A stretch of 64,000 nt of DNA from Pocillopora damicornis (Eukaryota): the NCBI RefSeq assembly GCF_003704095.1, contig NW_020846901.1, positions 186,001 to 250,000 on the forward strand. The letters are read 5' to 3'. Positions 36,336 to 48,222 of this stretch are shown piece by piece; the first letter of the stretch is position 1, and each line of letters begins with the position of its first letter. A model generated the notes under the pieces. The model was given only the letters and a program-made list of their open reading frames with translations, searched no databases and had not been told where the DNA came from. Made by a program: the position numbers and the translations under genes.

Positions 36336-37414
36336 AGGGACCTTAAGATCCGAGGACGGTGGATGTCTACGACGGTGGATGTCTACGACGGCGGGCGGAA
36401 GTTTGAATGCGTGTTTACCTACTTCCGGTAGCCGTTCCCCGTAAATTCCCGCCGTAACTGTGTCATCTGCGACGTCAAAACAACTGATTTGCCGTTTCGT
36501 ACAAAACGTGAGTTGATTACAGTGTTTTTATAAAATATCTTTTATAATTTTCGAATATTTTGCGCATTATGGAGTTAATAATATTTTTGATTCGTATGCC
36601 TCCTCTTCTGGGACCTGATTTTCGAGAAATAACATGTTTTTTTTCTTCTCCACTAAACAGGTCATGGCTGCAGCCGACACGAGTGCCAAGAAGATTACTC
36701 AGTAAGTTCTCTTATTCTCTTTTCTTCACGTTTTTAGCAATGAATGTGGTGAAACTCAACACGAATTACACTTAGTAAATTAGAATCTCTCGATTATTTA
36801 TGTTTGTGAAAGTGTCTTGCATATTTGGTGAACAAAAAAGAGTTCTGCTTGCAGTAGAAAAAAGATAAAAAACATGCAACACAAACAAAAAGAAAATAAG
36901 CGTTAACATTTTATTTTTATCTTTAGAACCAACATGGAGTGGACTGAACAACATGACAATATTCTTTGCCAGGAGATTCTCGTTCTTGAACCGTTCAAGG
37001 CAAAAAAAGGAAGCATTGCAGGGGGCCAAATTTGGGGTGAAATAGCGAACAATCTGAACAGCCTTCAACATCCCCAGTTCAGAGTGATGAAGCGATCTGT
37101 CAGAGAACGATATACGCTTTTTAGCGGCAAATTTAGAGCAAAGATGCGAGATGAAGAAAAGGCAAGTGGAATAGATACAGATTTGAGTGACGTTGAAAAA
37201 GCACTTGAGGAGAAAGTAGAAAAAGAAGCTGTGGTTGAAGAAACAGCGCAAAATAACATAAAGAAAGTCGATAGTGCCAAAGCAGCGGAAATGATATACA
37301 GAGCTCTAGAGAACCTTGACGGGACACAGAAAAGACAAAGGAAAAATGAGGTAGAGAATGAAACAGCAACAAGAACAAATGCAAAATTTTCAGAAGATGT
37401 TCACGCTAATGCAG
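36336..37414 (+). mobile_element. PIF/Harbinger-like DNA transposon fragment with a Myb/SANT-like ORF (from 36934), truncated by a gap
   Basis: Starts abruptly (AGGGACCTTAAG) where the LINE endonuclease breaks off; MEWTEQHDNILCQEIL...IWGEIANNLN...VRERYTL...EEKASG is typical of Harbinger-associated Myb/SANT proteins. Confidence 0.6.
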
Positions 37415-37900
37415 NNNNNNNNNNNNNNNNNNNNNNNNNNNNNNNNNNNNNNNNNNNNNNNNNNNNNNNNNNNNNNNNNNNNNNNNNNNNNNNNNNNNNN
37501 NNNNNNNNNNNNNNTATTTCTAGAATTAATAGAAATTTTAACGAGTGCTCCTTGCGAGAAATTGTTATGATTTATAATAACAATACATATACGTTGACAC
37601 TAAGAGGTCGAAAAGCCTTAGATTTGACCATCAACGGTAAAAATCCACAACTTAGTCTATTGCGTATGTTCATTAGTGTCTGCATTCATTAACTACTTCC
37701 TACTTGGTTTACTCTGGAAAAAAATTGTTTTTCTGGGTAAAGAATCGGTGCGATTGATCATTACTCCAAAACATTCACTAAAATCGTTTTGGAGAGAAAT
37801 TCGTACATGAACAGTTTGTGAGTGAAGCCAAAGACTATCAAAAAATTGAAAACATGCCCACTTGCTCTGAGTCGTAATTCACCTTTTTATTCTTAATCGT

Positions 37901-38104
37901 ATTAACCCTAAGAGTGACGAGCATCTAATTTCTCTTTACAGTATCACCCCTGAATCAAACATTGAGGTCATGAGAATAAAGGAAATGATCAGCAACAAAA
38001 GAAGCTTTTGATTGGTAAACAAATTCGACTTGTCGGCATCTCAGGAAATGTATAAGAACAGTAAGGAGGTATGATACGGATCATGCTGGGATGTAAAGGG
38101 TCAA
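37901..38104. mobile_element. TTAA-type MITE, second subfamily, inverted
   Basis: ttaaccctaagagtgac...tgtaaagggtcaa; reverse-complement similarity to the 18361 and 19755 copies. Confidence 0.65.
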
Positions 38105-41100
38105 CATAAGTGGGCCTTTGTTTGCATAAACAGACAGGCGGTCATTCTTGAAATAGTTGGCAGAAACTTATCTGGCTAAAATTAGAAAAATAACTGCTCC
38201 GTGTAACTTAAATACTGCTAATGCTATGTCATACTATGACAGTTAAACGCAAAATAGGAATGAATTTGATCGTGTGATCATCGCCTGGCAGATATGGATA
38301 TTGCGTGCGTATTTTTTACATGCTTCATACTGGTTATAATTACTGATTTTAGTACCCGAGGGTAGTGCACTCGCAAGGACGTTATTATTAATCTTTTAGT
38401 CCCTAGAATCACCTTTGTTCATACGTGGGCCTTTGTTAGCAATTGTTCCAAAGTAAAGCAAAAAACCTAATGAAACGGAAATTTTGACATCGCTGTGGTC
38501 TCCAAAGGTCAACTGAGAAACGTGTGAGAATATTCTCAAAATAGTCTCATTGAAACTTTCGTCGTTTACCCACATAAAGAGGTTAAAATCTGATTAATTT
38601 CATAGAACTATCCAAGTTAACTTCCCTACTGCTAATTGTATCTCACAATATGATAGTTAAACGCAAAATAGGAATAAAATGGATCGCGTGATCATCGAAG
38701 TTAGAAATATCAATTGCGCGCGCATTATTTGTTTCTTTGTTCTTGAACATAATACTCTCTTACTCTAAGCTGCAACTGGCCTCTTTATTTCTAGAATTAA
38801 CAGAAATTTTAACGAGTGCTCCTTGCGAGAAATTGTTATGATTTGGCATATATAATAGCAGAAGCTGTAAGGCAGAGCCAGCACCCAAGGCTCTCGGGCA
38901 TGACGATTGGTAGGGAGGAAACTGAATTCACTGTCTATCGCGGGTACTTTGAAAAAACGCAATAAAATGTCCGCATTGTTGTGGTCGATGGCCCGACATC
39001 ACGCACAACAACCTTCTTTGTTTCCTTGGTAAAGAGATACTTATAACTACCCTGTGATAGTTAAAGAAAAAATGAGAATAAAATTGATTCCGTGATCATC
39101 GAAAACAGAAATGGAAAATTGTGTACGCATTACAAGCTTGCATGGTTTTCAGTTCTCGATCACAATACACAGCTGCAAGCGAATGAAGTCCGCGTATACT
39201 AGAATTATCTTTTCCTTTTCGATGTAAAAGTGTTCGAGTTTTTTATCTGAACTCCAAAGCCAATGATCACATGCTCGGCTCAGAGCAAAATTTGTTTTCA
39301 GCCTGTAGCGATAGCATCTTTGTTCACAGATAGCGTCGCCAGCTAAACAGGCACAAAACTGACACGAACTGTATATTAACAGCCAAAAGTATACATCAAG
39401 TCTTACCGGAAAGGAATATAGCTTTCGTTCTCTAATAATATACCTTCTGGACGATTTCGAATGTCGTGAAGAGTTCTTCCTTTACGATATCCAGACTAGA
39501 CTGTCGCTTATTTAGATATGGATGACTAGGCCACTTCCGAGGTCTCAGTGGGGGTGGGGGGTATTCCTACTGTTATATGCACAAACGATATTAGCAGAAC
39601 TATTTTCATAGACCTGCCTCCTCGAATATGACGTCACTGATCGTCGAATAGAATAGCTGCGGAAACAGTTTTAACTGAAAAGAGAGTATTTAAAAATACT
39701 CTCTTTTCAGTTGAACGCTGTAGCAGCGGGGAGCGGTGATGTAAATTCAAATATCAAATGTTGCTGAGGATTTAATTTGACTGGGGAAGAGAAGTTTTAC
39801 CAGTGTCAAAAACACACTAGTAAAGATCCACCTCAATAGGGAATTATGCCAGTTATGAAAGTACTCAACTATTTATCCTAAACTAACTTAACGAAAAAAT
39901 TGCTTGCAGTTTACAGGAAGTGATGCTAGCAATACTACTCTGAATAAACAAATCCGTGATGTATTGTAAATCCTAATTCTAGTTTGTCAGTATTGTAAAT
40001 CATACAAGTGTTGTGATGATTACCTGATTTGATGTTTTTTTAAGAAGTAATTCGGAAAAATAAACTTAGATGAAGCTTAGAAATTAGCACCAGCATCATG
40101 TCAACCATGCGATAAGACAAGAACCACTGAAATACCGGTCCCAAGGGATATCTAAGCCATTGTTTCCCTTGGGACCATTCGTCTAGTGCTTTGTTGTACC
40201 CACCAAAATAGGAAAAAATAGGAAAGGAAAAAACAGATGAGACTGATATTGTTTTAGCTGCCTTGACTGAAAAAACAATTACATACTTAATTGTTGATTC
40301 CCGAGGCTTCTCTTCTTATACTGTTAGCCTACACAGCTGACGGAAATATAATATTCAATCGCAAGACTCAGAAAACGGAAGCTTATTAGATATGCGTTAT
40401 GAACAAGGGTGCAGTACCAGTAGGTAATTTTTAAAAACAGTATCCTCATCGGTGAAGAGTGTATTTGAAAAATTACAGAGTTATTATGGACCAGAAGTAA
40501 CGTTCGACTACGATAAGATACGAAATTAACGCAATCTCGTGATTACTTTTTGAAAGCAACACTGAAACACTCGCCTCAAAAGCGTGGGCTACATCACATT
40601 ACAACGCCACCTTGTCATAATTTGTCACAAAAATTCAATATTTGTTGTTTGAATCGTTTCAGACAGAGTATACACAATCTTCGGATAATAAGTGAAAAGC
40701 TGTTTTTGCGGTAGTTCACACTTACCTTGAACATGACCTTGCTTGAGAAGAGAGGTTGTCACTCGAAGCTGTCGAATTGCATGTGGGGATATCAGTATTT
40801 CACTGGTTGTCGGATCGATGTCGACGTCAAACTTCCCGTGCAAGGGTCAATCCGAAATTACTGAACATTTTTACATGTTTTGCCTGCTTTATTAGGCTCT
40901 TAATAATCTTTTTTTTTTGTTGTTGTTGTTTTTATGTCATATTTTGCACGATTTTTTTTTTCATCTAGCACGGTCCAGTACGCAATGTATGGAAAGCTTC
41001 TTACATAAATTATAGGGGATCAAAGGGAAAAAAAAGGGAAAATTGAGGACGATAAGGAACTAAAAAAATAAATGGCGCCTCTTTGCACTTTTTGTTTCAG

Positions 41101-41380
41101 GTTCCACGAATTACAAAGCTGTCCGAACGATGGTTAGAGTTTTTCGTTTGAGATTTATCTCTGTGTTTAAAAATATAATATCTCGCTTTAATAACACACT
41201 GCAGGCCGAACGAGAAACAATCGAACAGGGCGTTGGAAAATTCAAGTGCTTACAGTCGCTTTTCACACTAATGCAGCATTTCAGAAGAATATTCAGCGTT
41301 AACGAACGAACAAAAAATCATTTCAGGTGTTCTCCCTTGTTCTCCTGACGAAAAAACAGTTTGAATCGAGATACAAGAGT

Positions 41381-41595
41381 AGAGAGTTTCAATGGGGAGA
41401 TGGCTTTTACGGCTAACGGTTAAAATTTCAGCCATTTTAAAGCCAATGGTAATTTCCTTCCGTTACAGGTTAAAGACAAATTTTTATGGTTTACTTTTCT
41501 TCTACTAACGGTTAAAGTTTGTAAATGTTTACGCCTAACGGCTAAATTATTTTTAGTTGTTCTACGGCTAACGGTGATCCCCATCGACACCCTCT
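41381..41595. mobile_element. MITE with internal tacggctaacgg repeats
   Basis: Imperfect TIRs agagagtttcaatgggga / tccccatcgacaccctct; GAGT on both flanks. Confidence 0.6.
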
Positions 41596-42535
41596 GAGTA
41601 TCACCATTGTGCTATGTGGGTAACCCACTAAGCGAACACTTTTGGGAGGGGTCGATCCCTGGCTGCCCTCCCCCTTGGCCCCTCCCCTCGGTGGAGCTCA
41701 CCTGCAGGCAAACTTGTGGGAGGTGACAATGATGAGAACATGATGAGATGGTAAAGTTGGTATAACAAAACCACAGAGGACTCGCAAAGGTACCAGATAG
41801 GATACTAGTGGTAGTAGATCTCTACTAGAGATTGTATAATCTCTTGGTCTCTACCACCGCAAAAATAGTGAAATCAAATGTTCGGCCTCATCAGTACGCT
41901 ACCGCTCACATAATAACTTGGGCAACGTGTTAGAAATGCCTCGTTCATGAACCTGATAAAGTCGAAACAGCTGTCCATGGCTTGTAAATGATTTGATAAG
42001 ATGAAATGTCGATTAGATGTTCAACCAAAATCGTGCAAGATACCTTCCTCTTCAATCTTCCTTAACCGAATTCTGCAGGCTGTGAGAAGTCTTTTAGTAT
42101 ATATTTTGGTTTAAAAATCTTATGCAAAAGCGTTGAAAATCGTACACCAATGGATGCCGCTAAAGACATTCAAAAGACTCGCTACCAATTAATGTGTTGT
42201 ACAAAGTGATGAATCCTCAGATAAAACAACTTCTTATTTTTAACTCAAGATACCCATATAACGCACAGTTTATTGAGAAATATCCACATCTAGATTTCTC
42301 TTCATTTTTTCGTAATGAAGTGCGGATGTTTCTCCATTTCCTTCCTCAGTGACGGGGAACATGGAACCCCGTTAATCACCTTCCGTCTTTACTTCACTCA
42401 CCCCCCACTCACCCACCCCCCCCTTCCCCTGTACGCTCGAACGAAGCTCTCACAATCTTGTGTGATAAATTTCTGTAGGCTATGAGTCTTTTGCTTATCC
42501 TTCCGCGAATGTAAGACTGCGCAGCGTAGCATTAC

Positions 42536-42725
42536 AGACAGAGTCGTGCAAGGCTCATCTGCACTCTTCTATCTCGCCCGTCTCAGCGTGCGGAAAACAG
42601 CCATCACTCTGAAAACAGTCACTTAGCGTTACACGATAGACGGAGTCGTGCCAGGCCCATCAGCACTCCTCTATCTCAGCGTGAGACACGCCCATTTCTC
42701 CAAAATGGTGGCTCAGCGTTACGTG
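42536..42725. repeat. ~100-bp imperfect tandem duplication
   Basis: agac.gagtcgtgc.aggc.catc.gcactc.tctatctc at 42536 and ~42638. Confidence 0.75.
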
Positions 42726-45700
42726 GAAAAAAAAAAAAAAAAGAAAAAAAGAAAAGAAAATGCGCTTATTACTTTCACAATGGTCACTCGTACTCTGAAT
42801 AAACATAACATAAACTCTTAAGTGAAACGCAAGCAAAGTTATTCCTCTTTCAGTTATCCAAGTTGCAGTGTTGGTAGACCTTGGATGAAGGGATCTTGTA
42901 AGGATATCATGACCAGTGAAGAATTCAACAGTTTGACGTCAACGCTTGGCTGGCACTCGAACAATTCCAGATATCCAGGCGCGGTACCAAAAATATTCTG
43001 TCAAAGAGCCAAAAGCCAAATCCAAAAGTCTGAAATTCTGAAATGAGTCTGAAGTCCATACAACAAGTCTATAGATAATTAGCCTGCAGTATAGGCGTCT
43101 TATTAGGGCGCACGCGATCTTTCTTTAACCGGTCGTGTTTGATTTGCAAATTCCGTAAAACGCAAAAATGCAGCCATGATATCCAGCAAGAAAATATTGA
43201 CCATTGTCAGGCTCTGCAGGCTGGTAAATGATTTACGAAGAAAACTTCTTCTGGTAGTGTGCTGGTAAGTAAAGGATCATACCAAAGAGAAAATCTTAAC
43301 TTGAATGCCATCAATCCGGGTGTAAAACTGGGGCTTGGGCCGAAGTTTCTTTCTTTTGTCCTTGCTTTTATCAAATATCGATATTTTTTTAAATGTTTAT
43401 TTTATTTCCCTCTAGCTAATGAAATACGTACAAACTGATTTTTGTCTAAATATGGAATAGCAGTACATTTGAATGGACCCAAAGTCCTGCCATCACCGAC
43501 GGATCTATTGCGAGTCATAAACTGAGCATCATGGGAAGGGTTTTCAATCATTTTTCCCGCCAAAATGAACACGTGAACAGCCACAGGTGACCCACACTAA
43601 ATCTATTGAGATCCTGCTATAATACAGGTTTTATGTGAGAAAATAGAGGGTGCGCATGGAGCGAAGCCTAGGTCTAGATATTTTCTGGCTTTGCGGTAAA
43701 TAATCGATAGAACTTAGCACGCAGGTAACTGTGATTATCATAATTTATCTCAAAAAGTTTCGAAGACTAAGGTCCACTCCTCAAAAAGGAAAGCGGGGAG
43801 ACTGGCACCGATAGGGGCATCTGCAATCAAACACTTTTCAGCGTGTGTTTCCTCATTAAAGTCATTTAGAGTCAGTTTTACGGTAATGGAGATGCGCATT
43901 TTCTCTCTTCACGATCAGCAAGTACATATTAATGCAACGACGCCATTTAGAAGGATAACGAAAATGTCAATGAATTCAAAAGACAAAAGGTCTTTGTTAG
44001 ATTACTTGTAAACAATCTAAGAGCAATAAACTGGCTCCACTTTTGATGCTGGGCTAATCCTCTTTTTAATTGTGAAGCGGAAATTCCATTTTTTTCCTTG
44101 GTCGTTTTGAAGAGCTGAAGTGCACATGTCTCTTGAACTCATTAAATTGCTCAACATGCTTCATTGTGGCACCATCTCTAGTTCTTCCAGAAAAAGAAAG
44201 AAATATTATGAGTTTTTCTAGTCTGTTGCTTCAGACCACACTCGCTGGACACGTATTAGGATTGTTGGTCAGAAGATCCAATTAATGAATTTTTTTGTCG
44301 CACGTTTACACACGCACAACTACAATTTCTCCTGCCGCTAAAAAGGATTTCTCACGAATGCACTGGTAGGTAGACACCCCGAGGCTTAAACATCACAAAA
44401 ACCACCCATAAACTTGTATAAAAAGCAATTCAAACAACATCTTTCTTAGGTTTATAAGATTAGAACCGATTGGACGCGTGCGTTTGTTCGTGTGTTCACT
44501 TGTTATAAATAACCAGGGATAACATTGGGTAGCTTAGCGCTTCAGGGATACGCCGGTCATTGCACGAGTGAGGCATAATGTAAAAATAACAGATTAAAAA
44601 AAGTCTGTCCAAGAAGGAAGGCTATAATTAATCTATTTAATTTTTTTTTTTCTGCCAGCAAAATTTAATTCTTCTTATACGGACAGCTTTAAATTCGAAT
44701 GTTTTTGACAATGACCCCTGTATATGCAGAAGCGTGTGGAGGCTGAATTTGTCTCATTATCTTGACAAAAATTAACATAGATTGCCGCTGTTAAAAATTG
44801 CACTGTTACATAAATAACTTGGTGTCTTGATTAAAAGCTATATTCTAATCATTTAACATGTGGGCTGTTCATTTTACCTGGAATTCAGTCTAAAAATATA
44901 CTGATGTTACAGGGCGAGAACAGAAGCAAAAAGTTCCACTTTATCTTACTTTGATAAATACACGATGTTCTTCCAAACTTTTTATGTATAAGTTTATGAT
45001 TAAAATTTTTAAAAAAAGGCTCGAAAATAAGGCACTGACATGATACTTTGACCGCGACCCGCGACATCCAATTAATAAAGAATTTACTCGCTGAACTAAT
45101 TTGGGCCTGCATGAATGACCATTTGCCTTCTGTTATGCTACTTACGGTCACTCGACAAAGTAGGCCGGCAAGAGAGGTGACAACTATATTTGTTTAACCT
45201 GCCGCAAAACTGTGTTAAAAAATTAATTAAAGCGTATCGCATCAAAAGTAAGCGCGAGTTCGCGTGCTCGCTGTTACCACAAATTACATCGCACACGCCG
45301 TCTCCAGGTCTAAAGTACAAGTTTTGATAAGACCGCTTATCACGTACAGAGAAATATTAAAAATCCCAAGTGATATAATTTGCGCTTAAGCAAAAGTTCT
45401 TTAACTGGATAAGGATGCGTTCCCTCCCACATTGCTGAAGCTACTCTCCTTCTCGTAGCAACAAAAAAGCCGATTTATTTTAAGTAAATAGATTTTTTTT
45501 CGTTAATGCAGACTTTGGGGCTATTTCCTTATATAACTTCCCAAGATCGCATTGATTTAAATGTGTATTTTATTAAGCGTCTTAGCAATAGAGACATCCT
45601 TCTCAGGAAAATTGCTCAGGTAGAAATAAGCAGGCTTTGATGCAGGAAAGAGAACGCAAATTTTCATGGTGCAAGCTCGTGAGAAAAGTGGACAAGACGG

Positions 45701-48035
45701 GTCCTTAAGCGGTGATCATGTCTAAGCTGTTAATTGATAGTGTGTTTCGTTTGTAAAAGGTTGTTGAGGTGATCCCACCACTTTACCCGGTGAAAATTAC
45801 TGTATTTCCGATCTCAAATAAAAACCAATTGAAGCGGTTGAAGATTTTGTCACCTAACCACGTCTACCTCACGCTAAAAGGGCCGGAATATTTTATTGTC
45901 TTTGTACAATATATCCAACTTCCTACATATATTTGCGTGTGCCACTCCTAACTCCGCTAATAAAGTTGGAAAAAGGTAGATCACTAAGAAGTAGGAATTT
46001 TTCGCCAGCAGCGTTGATTTAGGATCAATTGTAAAAATATTGAAAATATAATAAAGCAAGAAGCCCAGAGTTAGGCAATAAAAATGATTTGAAATTTGCA
46101 ACTGAGCTGAGTGCAGCTTCGAAGAAACCGCAACTCTTTACAAAACGCGTCATGAGTTCTCTGTTTGTTTTTTATGATCATTTTTCCTCTTTAACCTTTT
46201 GAAAAATTTGAGATAAACGTGATTCATGTTGTGTTCATGTAATCTTCTTGCTGTCTATTTTTTATCTCAGCTGTCGCCAAAAATTTGTCTTATTTGATCA
46301 TTTTCATATGTATTTGACGAATACCTGGTCTGCGAGCCAGTGGAAAGTTTGGTATAGTCTCTAAGGTATTTCAGAGGTGGTTAATTAAGCAGTCAGCGAT
46401 ATGCACTTCTTCCCTGAAGTTCACTTATTTTGAAGAAATTTTCTCTCTTCACAATCAGCACATGCATAAATATGTCTTGCATAAAAATAAACTGAAAAAG
46501 ATACTTTGGTATACAATTTCCTCAGGATTCAATTAAGCAAGCAAATGTTCGTTCTTCTCTGTTCGATTCTGCATCGAATTTGATACTGCGCAACATCTCC
46601 ATCTTGTCTAGGAATGAAAACTATCCTCTCGCCTCTCGGTCTTACTCAAGAGCCAGAATTTTAATCTCTATTATTCCTCAAGCTCTCAAAAAAAAAAAAA
46701 AAACCGAAAAGGGAGACTTAGAGGCACCGTTTCCGTTAACACAAAGAATGAAGGTAAAGGTTATGGTTAATCTCGCTAAAACTTCATTTAGACTCATTGA
46801 TTTTGCAGCAGGATTTGCTTCTCAGGATTCAGGAGATCCCATTTATTAAGCAAGAATTTTACCGCTGGTTCTTACATGTCGTGCGTCGATTTCTCCCGCT
46901 GGGAGGAGAAATCTTTCGGTTTAACCTGAAAATGACAGAAGAGGCTGCGACGAGTTCAAGTGCATCCGATATTGAGCGATTAGTCACCGAGTATTTGTGT
47001 ATTTCAACTTGTCACATAAAAAACAGCTCTACATGTCGTCTCTAAGACCAAACCACAAATTCAGAGTGTTCCGCTGGTCACGTATCGCAAATTCCAAGAT
47101 TTAGAGGACTGACTTTGGCCGATGTATAAAAAACTGCAAACCGATCGAGTTGGCAGATCGGAAGCGTGGGCTTTTCAGATCATTCTGTCTAAGAAAAAAC
47201 TTTCTTTTTTTTTTTCAAGCTTTTAAGAAAATTCCGCGAATCGGTGAACCGCATAATGACAACGAATTACACAACGAAACCACATGAATATTCAATTTGT
47301 CAAGTTTCTGGACAGACAGGCTAGCTACTTCCGAAAACTTCGTAAGAATTTCGAGAATACACGCAAGCTAGGTTTCGTTTATATAAATTATAAACCTTGC
47401 ATCAAAATTCCCATCTTTCCAACTTTCATTCTGTTGACATTATTTTCTCCTGAATTAAAATGAAATCAAATGCTTCCATCAAATAAAACCAAAGATTTGA
47501 TTATTCTTAGCTCATTTTCTTTCTCTTCCTTTCTCTTCTTGCTGATCAAGAAACGGTTCAAGAAATCAGAATAAAAACAATAATAAACAGACTGTGGTTT
47601 TATTTCAGCAATTGCAATGTCACTCTTTCTTAAAAAGGGGAGAACCGAAAATTGGGGGGTTGTGGGAGTCGTTCTGATTGGTACTCTCGCTACGCTTTTT
47701 GTAGATAAATGAAGGTTTGGGAAATAATTCGTCCGAGGTAGAACAGTTAGTGGGCAATTTTCGAGTTTATCGAGGTTTTCTCAAGCAGTCCAGTTCTAGA
47801 CTCGCTACTGATTTCCCTCGTCGCGTCTTGGTTCCAGTATTAGTGCATCGTTCAACGGCTGCAGGAGAAAGTCGCTATGGAAAACTTATTGGCAGAAACT
47901 TTTGGAAACATTACATGGGTCGAAACTATTGATTTGACATTATTTTTTCATTATAATCATATCGATAAGGAAGCTGTTTCTGCATGACCTTATGAAAGTT
48001 CTGAAGTATTACCAAGGCGTTTCCAACTGGTTTAC

Positions 48036-48222
48036 GCAAATTGCCAGGTTTACATGGCAACATACAGTTCTCGTAATTGTTCAAAGGTTTCTTAAACAAA
48101 ATGATCTAATGATGTTTCGTTTATAAATGGCAAATTTGCCAGGTTTGCATGGCAACAGACAGTTCTTGTAATTGATCAAAGCTTTCTTTAAACGAAATGA
48201 CACAATAGTGTTTCGTTTGTAA
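48036..48222. repeat. ~94-bp tandem duplication
   Basis: gcaaatt(t)gccaggttt.catggcaaca.acagttct.gtaattg.tcaaag...gtttcgttt x2. Confidence 0.9.

Noticed and set aside
38200-39130. CRISPR-like repeat-spacer pattern
   Set aside because: Eukaryotic context, long degenerate repeats, ~350-bp spacers, no cas genes
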